This document shows positions 50,921 through 61,352 of a stretch of 64,000 bases of DNA, one piece after another (position 1 is the stretch's first letter; every line of letters begins with the position of its first letter). The translations under genes and the position numbers were made by a program. The notes beneath the pieces were generated by a model. The model did no database searches. It saw only the letters and a list, made by a program, of their open reading frames with translations, and was not told the origin of the DNA. Origin of the DNA: Eukaryota sp. GEM-RC1. Lineage: Eukaryota. Location of the stretch: NCBI GenBank assembly GCA_040285855.1, contig JAUFOQ010000010.1:620001-684000 (forward strand). Reading direction: 5' to 3'.

Positions 50921-51908
50921 AAAAGAGCAGCGTACAAGCAGTACAAGATGTTCTTCCCGATTTTTCTTCCCCCACTAGACTGCTGTTCCAAAGTTAAGGA
51001 TGATATCGTCCGTAGCTGGTTCTGATGACGTCATCCGCTTAAGACGATATCGTAAGGAACTCTGTGTTTTTCATTGGAAGAGGGATTGGAACTAGTTGGT
51101 ATTGGTGAATTTGTCCTTGTTACATTCTTGTCTGATAAAGAAGACTTACCCAATCCTCTTGATGCTTTTGAAGAATCCTAATAATGAAACTTACTTTCAC
51201 AATCGTATTGAACTAAAACTAATACTAGAAACAAATATCAATAATTAAAGAGAAGTTAATGACCGTATCATCAAGTATATATAATACAAATATCCTGAAT
51301 CAGAATAGTGATTCAGATTAATAAATGACCATGAAAATATTTCAAACAAAAAACCATGATTGGTCTTGAACTTGTCTTCGTAAATGTTACATTGTATTTA
51401 AAGACTATCTTCTGCACCTTCATTAGAAATCCAGAAACAGTACTGGATACGTATACCTCTGCAAAATTGATTCATGACAGAATTGTACTTTACTCGATAC
51501 GGCAAGTGTATGATTTCAGACTAATTGTTGTGAAGAGTGTAGCAATGGATTAGAAAATGACTCATAAAGAACTAAAAGAAAGAAACACCAAAGAGCTGAT
51601 GATAAACAAAATAGTAGACAAGAAGAATCGTTTCATTGATCACGTCATCATGTATCACGTCATCAAATAATACTAGGTTCAGTGAAAGTACTTGTATAAA
51701 GAACAACAACCGCCAATTCACGAGTACCGATGAGCAAGACTTGAAAAAGCAGAGAAAGACAAAAGACAGAATGATCACGTCATCATAAGGAAAGAGAGAT
51801 TGATAGTCAAGGTGATGACACAAAGAGAAGTAGATACAGATGAAGAAAAACTATTGGAAGTAGGAAAACCGTCCTAACTCATAAGGATAAGATCAATTGT
51901 CGAAGTAT

Positions 51909-53873
51909 ATGAACATTAAGGATCTACAAGTACATGAACGAGGAAAGGTTCATGTTGCTTCTGAAACGAGTTCATTGTTGATGATTTCAGCCATGAGGCC
52001 ATTTCCCTCACCAAACATGACTTACATGTGTTGCAATCCTCAATTGGAGGATAATGTTTCAGTTACTGACGTTCTTGTGTTCAATGGATCCTCTTCCGTC
52101 TCCTCCTCCCTCACTCCTAGCTCTAATGTGCCATCTCATTCATGCTCTTCCACTCTTTCTCCTTTCAATCACTTACACTTCCAACAGTCCCTCCTTACTT
52201 TGATACATCTCCATTTCCTCAGTCATTTGTCGGTACTTTCGCCTGAACTGAATCGTTACGAACCTCGTCTTGCTTTGTGTAACTTGCAGGATGACTTGCT
52301 TACCTTCTTCAAGAAAGTTGGCTATGTAAGCCATCATTTCTTTGAATCTGCTCTTCTAGCAACCAAGGTGTTTTTCCACACAAACACGTTCCATGTAACA
52401 CCTCAAGATCTTCCTCAACTCTGTTCATTTGCGTCTTTCTTTGGAGCAGAAATTCAGTCTGTTTTCTTACATGTTGGTGGGAACTTTAATGTTGAAGATT
52501 TTCTCAATTATTCTAGTGTAATTTCAGGATTAGAGCTGACATTGAGAAACCACAATGACTTGGAGTTTGTCAACAAGTCTTCCTTGTTCTTTCCACGTCT
52601 TAAGCAGCTTCATGTAGCTGTGGATGCTGCTTCCAATCTTTCTAAGTCATTTATCGAAATTTTAAAACACAACAATATAGTCACAAGTGTTGATCTATAT
52701 GAAAATTTTATTGGAGATGAGGGTACCCGAGCATTGGCAGCTGCTTTAAAAGTAAATACTGCAATTACTAGTGTTAACCTGGGATGCAACTCTTTTGAAT
52801 CTGAAGGTGTTAGGGCATTGGCAGAGGCGTTAAAAGTTAATGCTACTGTTACATGTATTCATTTAGATGAAAACTCTATCGGAGATGAAGGTGCTCGAGC
52901 ATTGGTGGAAGCTTTAAATGTTAATACTACCATTACAAGTATTGACCTGAGTGATTCTTCTATTGGAGCTGAAGGTACTAGGACACTGGCAGAGGCGTTA
53001 AAATCTAATGTTAGTCTTACAAGTATTAATCTGCGGTTCAACTCTATTGGACCTGAAGGTATTAGCGCTTTGGCAGATGCATTGAAAGTCAATACCACAA
53101 TTACAAATGTTGATCTTGGTTGGAACAGTATTGGTGATGAAGGTGCTCGTACTTTGGCAGAAGCGTTGAAAGTTAATGAAACAGTTACAAGCATTATGCT
53201 GGGACGGAATTCTATTGGTGATGAAGGCGCTAGAGCGTTGGCAGAAGCATTGAAATTTAATAATACTTTAACATGTGTTGATCTACAATGGAACTCTATT
53301 AGAACTGAAGGTGCTAAAGTGTTGGCAGAGATGTTGAAAGTTAATACTACAGTTTCAAGTATTGACCTGTGGAACAACTCTATTAGAGCTGAAGGTGCTA
53401 GAGATTTAGCAGATGCGTTAAAGGTTAATACTACAATTACAAGTCTTAATTTGATGTGTAACTTTATCGAAAATGAAGGTGCTAAAGCATTTTCAGATGT
53501 GTTGAAGGTGAATACTTCAGTTACAAATATTGACCTGTGGAACAACTCTATTAGAGCTGAAGGTGCTAGACATTTAGCAGATGCGTTAAAGGTTAATTCT
53601 ACCATTATAACCATTGATCTTATGAGTAACGCTATTGGAGATGAAGGCGCTATTGCATTAGCTGATGCGTTGAAGTTTAATTCTGCAGTTACAACTATTA
53701 GTATGAGAAACAACTCTATTGGAGATGCTGGTGCTAGAGCATTGTTAGATGCGTTGAAGATTAACAACACAGTTACAAGTCTTGATTTAGGGGAAAACAA
53801 TATTGAAAATGAAGTTGTTATAGATCTGGTAGATGCGTTAACAGTTAGTAGCATTTGTAAAATACACTTTTAA
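51909..53873 (+). CDS. Ser-rich N-terminus, family domain and 14 RI-class LRRs
   Basis: Intact ORF, first ATG at 51909. Motifs HFQQSLL / VGYVSHHFFESAL / LCSFASFFGA. Ends CKIHF*, like the array cap NRIHF*. Confidence 0.92.
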   Translation: MNIKDLQVHERGKVHVASETSSLLMISAMRPFPSPNMTYMCCNPQLEDNVSVTDVLVFNGSSSVSSSLTPSSNVPSHSCSSTLSPFNHLHFQQSLLTLIHLHFLSHLSVLSPELNRYEPRLALCNLQDDLLTFFKKVGYVSHHFFESALLATKVFFHTNTFHVTPQDLPQLCSFASFFGAEIQSVFLHVGGNFNVEDFLNYSSVISGLELTLRNHNDLEFVNKSSLFFPRLKQLHVAVDAASNLSKSFIEILKHNNIVTSVDLYENFIGDEGTRALAAALKVNTAITSVNLGCNSFESEGVRALAEALKVNATVTCIHLDENSIGDEGARALVEALNVNTTITSIDLSDSSIGAEGTRTLAEALKSNVSLTSINLRFNSIGPEGISALADALKVNTTITNVDLGWNSIGDEGARTLAEALKVNETVTSIMLGRNSIGDEGARALAEALKFNNTLTCVDLQWNSIRTEGAKVLAEMLKVNTTVSSIDLWNNSIRAEGARDLADALKVNTTITSLNLMCNFIENEGAKAFSDVLKVNTSVTNIDLWNNSIRAEGARHLADALKVNSTIITIDLMSNAIGDEGAIALADALKFNSAVTTISMRNNSIGDAGARALLDALKINNTVTSLDLGENNIENEVVIDLVDALTVSSICKIHF

Positions 53874-53949
53874 AATATTTGAAGTAATACATATACGTTT
53901 GACCTAATACAGTATGTCTTCATGCCCTTCTCATTTGTTGATTGTAATA

Positions 53950-56574
53950 AATTAGATGGGAATCATTTCCTTGTAACAGGTCAGACAATTTCGAAGATGC
54001 TTCACAATAATACTATCAGAAATTCAGTAGCGAAATACTACTGGTATCAGTATATGATAAAGGTGTTCATAAACTCCAAGTGCTGGAAAATACTTATGTT
54101 TTGTATCAATCTACTAATGAAATTCCTGAAGAAGAAGCTTTCCTAGACTTCTATACAGCTAAGATGAATGTAGAGCTATATCGTTTCCTATTTTCTGGTT
54201 CTTTATCTGCTTATAACCAATTTATTGACTTTAGAATAGAGCTGTCAAACGGTTCGGCTCAAGTCGTAAACCGAACGACTTGAGCCAAGTCATATCGAAA
54301 TTTGGTTCGGCTTACTCAAATGGCTCAAGCCAAAGCCGAACCAGTTTGGATTTCTCCAAACCAAACCATTCGGCTCAAGCCGCGGCTTGAACTTACTTCG
54401 AACAATATAAATAGTAAACGAACAAGTTAACCAAGTTCATTACATACATCGATTCATAAGACGTACAAACAAATACAAAAAGTTATAGAAATACCGCTAG
54501 CACACTCATAATTGTGATCATTACTAATAAATTCTTACCATTGTAGATTTACTGCTTCTCTCTCTCATGACAGAAAATTCACAAAGGATTCTTACGTTTC
54601 CCATCACTGCCCCAGATGGTTATGAGGTTATAGTGGAAGAAGATCAATTTCAAAGGTACAAGAGTTTGTATCCAAACGATATTAAATCATGTCAGCTTGT
54701 ACAGTGGAAATTGCACAGTAAAGAATATCCTTCTTTGGCAGAGATTTTCTGATCGTTGCTGTAAGTTCAATTCCCTGTGAAAGGGTTTTTTCCGTTGCTG
54801 ACCATATCAAGTGCAAAACAACTTCATCACTTGAAGACGAACCTTTAACTTCGTTAATGTTTAAAGGATTGTCTCAATTATGGCTATCAATTAGTTTATT
54901 GTAGTGATGACGAAAACGATGAATCTGCTCATTCTTTAGATTCACAAGACATCAAGGCATTCATCCACCTTTGTAAAACGACAGTAGTTTGTGATAAGTT
55001 TCTTCAATAGAAACAATTACAAAATATTTGTTCATTCAAACCGAAAAAATATCGGTTTGGCTCGGCTTCAAGTCGACTTGTCACTTTGGTTCGGTTTACT
55101 CAAATGGCTCAAGCCAAAGTCGAACCAGTTTGGAATTTTACAAGCCAAACCATTCGGCTCAAGCCGTTGACAGCTCTACTTTAGAACTAGTATGGCCAAT
55201 CAAATTTCCAAAATATTGAAAATATTGGATGGTGTCAAAAATCCCAACCATCCTCTCAATAAGGATGCAGTTGCTGTTATCGAGAACTCCATCACGTCAT
55301 CTCTTCAGTTAGTACAACAAATGTTCAAACTACAAGACATTGTTACTGTAATCTCAGCCAATGCTCACAACTTGAATTCTCCCGTATTTAATTCATTGGA
55401 AAACCTTCAGCGGGACGTTGTTAATATTACTTCCACTGATACCTTATTCTATTTGAGCCAAGAAGGTTCAATTTAAACAATTCTAACAAATACGACTTAT
55501 GATTTAAAACATCGAAGTTCTGCCGCCCAGCATGAGCTCTCCTATCACGTCATCATGGGTCGTGATTACCTAACTTCTATTGAGGAATTTGAAAGGATTT
55601 ACCTAGATGAGCCAATGGAAGTTTTGATCACGTCAACTATTCGTGATGTTCATGGCCTTCAAGGAGGAATAATGGCTGGGGTTGTTGATGTTAGTTTTAC
55701 AGTGGCTCCGGTAGTTGTACTGACTTTAATAGTGTATATCATGTTCACATTGACTCCTGTGGAGAAGCTCGCGAGTCACGTCAAGCAGATAATCAGATTG
55801 GTCACGATGGAGAAGTTCCACAATCAATCACTATATGCTCTTTCCTGATTGGGAATTTCAGTTGTCATCTTCTTTACATATGCATTATTTTCAACTTTAA
55901 TGGTACAAACATGGCCTGAACAACTTCAGCTCGCTGGTCAACGTGCCTCTACTATATATGAAGTTGGAGCTGACGTTTTTTCCGCCTTTATTTACCCTGA
56001 ATCACGTGATGAATACTGTAATAGATTAGAAACCAATGTCATTAAGCTATTTAACATCCATGCATCGCTACAATATAGATCTTCTTCAAACTTTCTTGGG
56101 CCAGTTGCTGGTCGTTATCCCAACCAAAACGATCTTGTATATGGAACAAACTTCAACAAGGACCTGGTCAATGTTTATGTAAATGAAACAAGTGGTTTGG
56201 ATTATCTGCTTCATCGTTATGTAAACTTAGTTACAGCAGTAATGTATCAAGAATCTCACGTGATTTGGGATATTAACTCGCCATTGATTGAGGAAATTCT
56301 TGATACTAGCTATAGACTTGCGCATTTGTGTCTGGATTCAATTGATGTATTTCATTCTGAGCTGTCGTCATCAGTTTCTCTTAATCGAACTCTAATTGTT
56401 TTGTTGATGTTATTTGTATTTTCTGTTACGTTAGTGATTTATATTCTGTTGTTCCGAAAAATATCAAAAACTCTTGTTGAAGAAGAAGATGTCAGTTATC
56501 AATTGTTTTCAATGATTCTCAATAGCGTCGTGGCCTCTAATGAGATTATTCGAAATTTTGTACGGAATTATTGA
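53950..56574 (+). pseudogene. Disrupted multi-pass membrane protein, TmcB/TmcC-like C-terminal region
   Basis: Removing the hAT plus one TSD restores ...FIDFR-TSMANQISK in frame. In-frame stops occur at 55476 and 55848. There are three hydrophobic segments and LAGQRAS / SGLDYLL / EEEDVSYQLFSMI motifs. Family label is from motif memory, and the 5' limit is approximate. Confidence 0.6.
54237..55178 (+). mobile_element. Internally deleted hAT DNA transposon
   Basis: Perfect TIRs TAGAGCTGTCAA and perfect TSD CTTTAGAA (54229-54236, 55179-55186). GGCTCAAG subterminal repeats. Transposase remnant WKLHSKEYPSLA...SSIPCERVFS. Confidence 0.95.
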
Positions 56575-56933
56575 TTATAGTTTTACATTTTAGTTTTAGC
56601 ATTATACTATAAACCCTCATATCAAAGTTTTTCTCTGTATTGTACAACAGTGTTCGAAGACACGCGTGGACACATCTTGTCAAAAACACGCAAAAGCACG
56701 CCACATGTCTACCTGTTTCTTTGTACAAAAAACCTAGACAACTTCACAAGTACCCTTTTATTTCCGTATATAGTTTTTGACTTGAACGTTTTATATAAGT
56801 TATACTACAATATATACAATGCCAGCAAAAATTTGTTAAAAATACTGACAAAATGCGGTCTCAAACACCAATTCAACTCAACAAAACCACACAATCCTGT
56901 ATTCAGTGACGTCAGAAGAAGGCAAGAATTGTA

Positions 56934-57071
56934 CACTGGTCACAATATTTACTCTCAGTGGAAAATTAGTCTCACTGAGACTAATTTATGTTTTGTCCCT
57001 TTTGGCACTTTTGGAGGCAAATTTCGTCAGATGAAAATTAGTCTCAGTGAGACTAATTGTTGTGACCAGTG
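56934..57071. mobile_element. 138-bp MITE
   Basis: Perfect 12-bp TIRs CACTGGTCACAA / TTGTGACCAGTG flanked by TA, with two AATTAGTCTCA-S-TGAGACTAATT palindromes. Superfamily unresolved (CACTG/EnSpm-like or Tc1/mariner-like). Confidence 0.9.
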
Positions 57072-57193
57072 TAGTTGTAAAACACCTTCTCTTATATTTC
57101 AATGATAACGAAACTAAGTGTACTTCTGCAGCAGCTAAGAATGCGCTGCAAAAGTACTAGTGAGTAATCTCACTTTGACACGTAGAGTAGACA

Positions 57194-57335
57194 TGTTACA
57201 GTGGTGTTTCTGATTTGGGGATTCACACGTCAGTTTCTATTATTTAATACCTAAAGGTGCAAAGGGGAAGGTAAAGGGTGTTTATAAATCAAATTATACG
57301 TACTAGTAACACTTCACTAACACCTGTGGCTAACA
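57194..57335 (-). repeat. Putative 3' LTR (142 bp, TGTTA...TAACA)
   Basis: Starts with TG three bases after the PPT, with an inverted pentamer at 57194. The distal boundary is uncertain. Confidence 0.65.
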
Positions 57336-60300
57336 TTACCTCTTCTCTCTTCTTGAGCTCCTTGTCCTCTTAGCTACAGGTGTCTTAACTACAGACGATG
57401 ACTTTGGAATACTCATACTACTTGAGGTACGTTTAAGCTTAGTGGGTTTACTCTTAGCTACGTTTCTACTATTACAAAATAAATCTACATTTTCTAATTT
57501 TACAAATTCACTATACGCCTTGGTGTTCTTGATGTCCTTGGTGGGAACTGATGAAGTATCACCACCAAACCAAAGTACAGTACAATGTTCACCATCGGGT
57601 GTATTGAACCTATCTAGGATCTTAACCACGATGTGTTCTTCAGAATCCCCAGAAGCAATTGCTCTGTGGAGATCATGATCAGCAGGTAGATCTGATTGAA
57701 AGATCTTACATTGATGAATGCTAGTCTTACTAACATATCCAGTGATCAGATTCTTTAAGGAAACTGACGATTTCGAATCAATTGAGACAACTAAATAAGG
57801 TCCCGTGTAATTACCATGAAGCTTACTAGTTTTGGATGCTTTTAAAACAAGGTCTCCAACATTGAATGATTGACTGGGGCCAGACTTCTTCTTTGGCTTG
57901 AGTCTTGATTGACGAACCTCTGCCTCTTCTCTCTTTTTAGTAAGACGATCCAGTTTCATTTTAATGTCGTTAATAAACGGAACATTCTTTGTTGATTTCT
58001 CAACAGCAGCTAGTAAATTACTAGGATCTGCACCAGGACTTATGTCACTACCAAACATCAATTCATAAGGTGAGTGCCCAGTCACAGAACTATTCGTTGC
58101 GTTGATTTGCAATTGTACAGTTGGAATGTACGTTGACCAATTGTCATAATCATTGAAGTCCACAAGAAGACGACGTAGGCTTTGCAGAACGTCTCTGTGA
58201 CGTCGTTCCACCAGTCCATTACTCTGGGAGAAATGAGGAATCGAACGACTTACTTCAATCGCCAGTAGGTTACATATTGCCTCGAAAATAGCATTGGCAA
58301 ACTCGGTACCATTATCACTATGGATACAAAACGGTATTCCAAAGATAGCAATCACATCCCACACAAGACGATATGCTACTTCTCTACTGTTAAGTTCTTC
58401 GAGGGGGCTCAAAATGGTGTATCTGGTGAAAGAATCTACAAACACCAATAGGAATTGGTTTCCATTTTGATCTTTTGGAAGTGGACCAATTGTGTCGACA
58501 TTAAGTCTAGCAAAAGGTCTATCAGCCCATAGAGAACCCGTCGATTCAATTATCTTTTTAGGGACAGGTGCCGTTTTCTGACACGCAGGGCATTGCATAA
58601 CATGTTTGACCATGTCAACTTTCATACTTGGCCAAAAGTAACCACTATTGAACAATATTTCCAAACTTCGTTTCTTGTTTGGATGTCCTGACTGGACTAA
58701 TCCATGTAGCATGTAAAGAACTTTCGTTCTCAAACTAGATGGAATCAAAATCTTGTTCTTGGAGTTGATGTATACATTGCTCATAGTACACAGTGTTGAA
58801 TCCTGAAACAGTTGATCTCCTTCATTGATAGCTTTATGTTGTTCAGCTCGAATGGTTGACAACCAAGAATCAAATAAAGGCAATTTATTGTATGATGAGA
58901 GGTCTTGTAGACTCTTGATAGCTAGTATGTTGGTGTTACAAGGAAGCATCTCAACGTAATCAGCTTCATCATAGATTAACCCTTCGTGAGAAAGAATTAT
59001 ATCATTTCTGATGGTATGATTTGAGATCAACAGAGATTTGATTGTTTCAACTGGGCGACGGTCAATGACACGTGATAACATGTCAGCCCATTGATTGTTT
59101 GTACCAGCTACATGCTCTATCTCAAAATCAAACTCCGAGAAAATTGGAATCCATCGTTTGACAATACGATTCTTCTCTGGAGCTGAAATCAGATAAGCAA
59201 GGTTCCTATGATCTGTAAAGATCGTCAAATGCCTACTTAATAGGAAACCTTCTAAACTAGATTCGGTCAGAATCAAGAGAATGGCATACAGCTCTTTCTG
59301 GATAGCTGCCCAATTCTGTTGACTATCATTGAGTAAACGGCTATAAAAAGATACAGGTCTAACTCTACGTTCTTCTAACGGAGTTCCTGGAGGAGCTGGA
59401 GGATTTTCTTCCTGCCAGATCACACCACCAACTGCAATGTCGGGTGCATCTGTGGATATGACAATGTTCTTATCAGTATCAGGTAAGTCTAAAGCCATAT
59501 GGTTTATTATTTCAGTTTTAATTTTGTCTAATAAAGCATCATGGTCTTTTGTCCAAGCAATTCTCTTGGGTTTACCACGAGTCAGTTCATTGATTGATGC
59601 AGTCAAGTTCGAGTAGTTTGGAATCCATTCGCGAACATAATTTAAAGCACCAAGTAAACTTCTTACTTCAGGTAAAGTTGAAGGAGCAGGTAACTCAATC
59701 AACGCCGAAACTCTTTTATCATCTATGCAACGGGTTTTATTACAAAAGTTGCTGCCCAGAATCTTATTAGGATGTCTAGAAGTGGTGAACCTACACTTCT
59801 TCAATCCAATCCGTACTCTAAAACGTTCTGCTCGTTCCAGTACTAGATTTATTCTTGAAATAAACTCTTCAAAGGTATTGCCTACAACAATTATATCATC
59901 AATATAAATGAAAACACCTTCGACATGGAAAATTTCCATCATGATGTTTTGAAAGATTGCTGGTACGTTTTTCAATCCAAAACATGCTCGTTTAAAGCTA
60001 ATTGACATTCCAGGTATAGACACACTGGTCTTCTCGACATCTTCTTCAGCTACATTTAGCTGCCAGAATGCTTTAGGAAGGTCAAGTGTTCCAATGAAAT
60101 TAGCTTTCGAAAGGAACTCTAGAACATCACAGATCCGAGGTAAATTTGGTTTCACCGGTCTGGTATTAGCATTAATCCCATCAGGTCCACTGAAATCTCC
60201 AGTTAAACGAGGCTTACGGTGATCATTATATACCACCAAGACTATGGGACTACTGAACTTACCAGTTGATGGTACGGCCCATCCTTGTCGTATAAGTTCA

Positions 60301-61352
60301 TTAAAAATTTCTTCGGCTATACGCTGTTTTTCAGGGTTAAGCCTTCTAGGAGGACGAAATACAGTGACAGATTCATCATAAAATGGAATTGTCATGGGTG
60401 GACAATCAATACCATCAGGATGTATGTCTTCTGAAAAGACTTGTTTGTATTTACTGAGTAGGCTCAGAAGCTCCGTTCTTCTTGTAGGATCATCCAATTC
60501 TATCGTGCAACCAGAGTTGTCAATGGTTTCTTCAAACAGATTTATATCTAATTCAGTGTTACCGTACTGATCAATAGGAAAATGTGTTGAATGTTGATTT
60601 ATTGAACATTTTGATTGAACTCTATTAATCGAAATTGATGGAGACCTCATTCTCTCATCAAATTCACTCTCTGCATTGAGAATAGTGCGATGTTCTTTAT
60701 CTAATCTGATGACTAGACCATCATCCGAAAGCAACCCCAGTTCTTCTTGCAAATCTCTACCAATGAGGAGAATTTTCGTTCCAGGAACTACAGGTAGAGT
60801 ATGCTTAACATGAATCTGGTTGGCCAAGCTGCCGACGTTGAACGTCAGAACACCAATTGCACTACCTAAGGAAGTAGCACGAATATTATTCGCTGAGATG
60901 TATTCAATACAACTATCAGTAGTTGTCATCTCACAGTAGCGTATCAAATCTTGAGAAATGACTGAACAAGATGCTGCTGAGTCAAATTCTCCTACTACTG
61001 GTACATTGTTGATTAACAATCGAATACATAAAGGACCGTTACCTTTAGATTCGAACCCTAGGTTCTGGTTGAGACTACGAATTGTTTCAACTGATGATGT
61101 ACTTCTACCCATACTTGATTGTGTGATCAAAGTAGCCAAAGGGTTAGTGTATTTGAGTGGTGTAGTGTTTTTGTTTGAATTATGTTGTGCATTATCAATT
61201 TTGAAAATGTATCTAGGAGATTTATGATTTTTAAAACTACGAGAACGACTATCAGGACGACTATCACCAGACCTACGCTTATTGGACTTTGCATTATCCT
61301 GAGATTTACGACAATCAGGAGCATAATGGCCTTTTTGCCACATTTGAAACAT
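57336..61352 (-). CDS. pol: Pol polyprotein: protease, RT, RNase H, integrase, GPY/F and chromodomain-like tail
   Basis: Motifs FDSAASCS, LDLPKAFWQ, FGLKN, YIDD, TDAPDIAVGG, FTDHRNL, H..GH..CPAC, DTIGP, SDNGTEF, SNGLVER, YTGPYLV and IVVKILD..VLWFG. Confidence 0.97.
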   Translation of the reverse strand: MFQMWQKGHYAPDCRKSQDNAKSNKRRSGDSRPDSRSRSFKNHKSPRYIFKIDNAQHNSNKNTTPLKYTNPLATLITQSSMGRSTSSVETIRSLNQNLGFESKGNGPLCIRLLINNVPVVGEFDSAASCSVISQDLIRYCEMTTTDSCIEYISANNIRATSLGSAIGVLTFNVGSLANQIHVKHTLPVVPGTKILLIGRDLQEELGLLSDDGLVIRLDKEHRTILNAESEFDERMRSPSISINRVQSKCSINQHSTHFPIDQYGNTELDINLFEETIDNSGCTIELDDPTRRTELLSLLSKYKQVFSEDIHPDGIDCPPMTIPFYDESVTVFRPPRRLNPEKQRIAEEIFNELIRQGWAVPSTGKFSSPIVLVVYNDHRKPRLTGDFSGPDGINANTRPVKPNLPRICDVLEFLSKANFIGTLDLPKAFWQLNVAEEDVEKTSVSIPGMSISFKRACFGLKNVPAIFQNIMMEIFHVEGVFIYIDDIIVVGNTFEEFISRINLVLERAERFRVRIGLKKCRFTTSRHPNKILGSNFCNKTRCIDDKRVSALIELPAPSTLPEVRSLLGALNYVREWIPNYSNLTASINELTRGKPKRIAWTKDHDALLDKIKTEIINHMALDLPDTDKNIVISTDAPDIAVGGVIWQEENPPAPPGTPLEERRVRPVSFYSRLLNDSQQNWAAIQKELYAILLILTESSLEGFLLSRHLTIFTDHRNLAYLISAPEKNRIVKRWIPIFSEFDFEIEHVAGTNNQWADMLSRVIDRRPVETIKSLLISNHTIRNDIILSHEGLIYDEADYVEMLPCNTNILAIKSLQDLSSYNKLPLFDSWLSTIRAEQHKAINEGDQLFQDSTLCTMSNVYINSKNKILIPSSLRTKVLYMLHGLVQSGHPNKKRSLEILFNSGYFWPSMKVDMVKHVMQCPACQKTAPVPKKIIESTGSLWADRPFARLNVDTIGPLPKDQNGNQFLLVFVDSFTRYTILSPLEELNSREVAYRLVWDVIAIFGIPFCIHSDNGTEFANAIFEAICNLLAIEVSRSIPHFSQSNGLVERRHRDVLQSLRRLLVDFNDYDNWSTYIPTVQLQINATNSSVTGHSPYELMFGSDISPGADPSNLLAAVEKSTKNVPFINDIKMKLDRLTKKREEAEVRQSRLKPKKKSGPSQSFNVGDLVLKASKTSKLHGNYTGPYLVVSIDSKSSVSLKNLITGYVSKTSIHQCKIFQSDLPADHDLHRAIASGDSEEHIVVKILDRFNTPDGEHCTVLWFGGDTSSVPTKDIKNTKAYSEFVKLENVDLFCNSRNVAKSKPTKLKRTSSSMSIPKSSSVVKTPVAKRTRSSRREKR

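Noticed and set aside
51638..51790. Three ATCACGTCATCA copies upstream of the 51909 gene
   Set aside because: Possibly a bZIP-like site, but there is no supporting evidence and I did not see it upstream of the paralogues.
41421..53873. Calling the LRR genes NLRC3 or NOD-like receptors
   Set aside because: Only the LRR class is similar, and there is no Walker A/B or NACHT domain.
55474..55848. In-frame TAA and TGA suggesting stop-codon reassignment
   Set aside because: The gene is already broken by a hAT insertion. TAA ends the intact LRR and pol ORFs, and long ORFs show no internal stops.
46613..61352. RTs in the window as the engine of a DGR or retron acting on the LRR array
   Set aside because: Motifs and domain order identify them as RLE non-LTR and Ty3/gypsy RTs, and no template repeat or accessory gene is seen.
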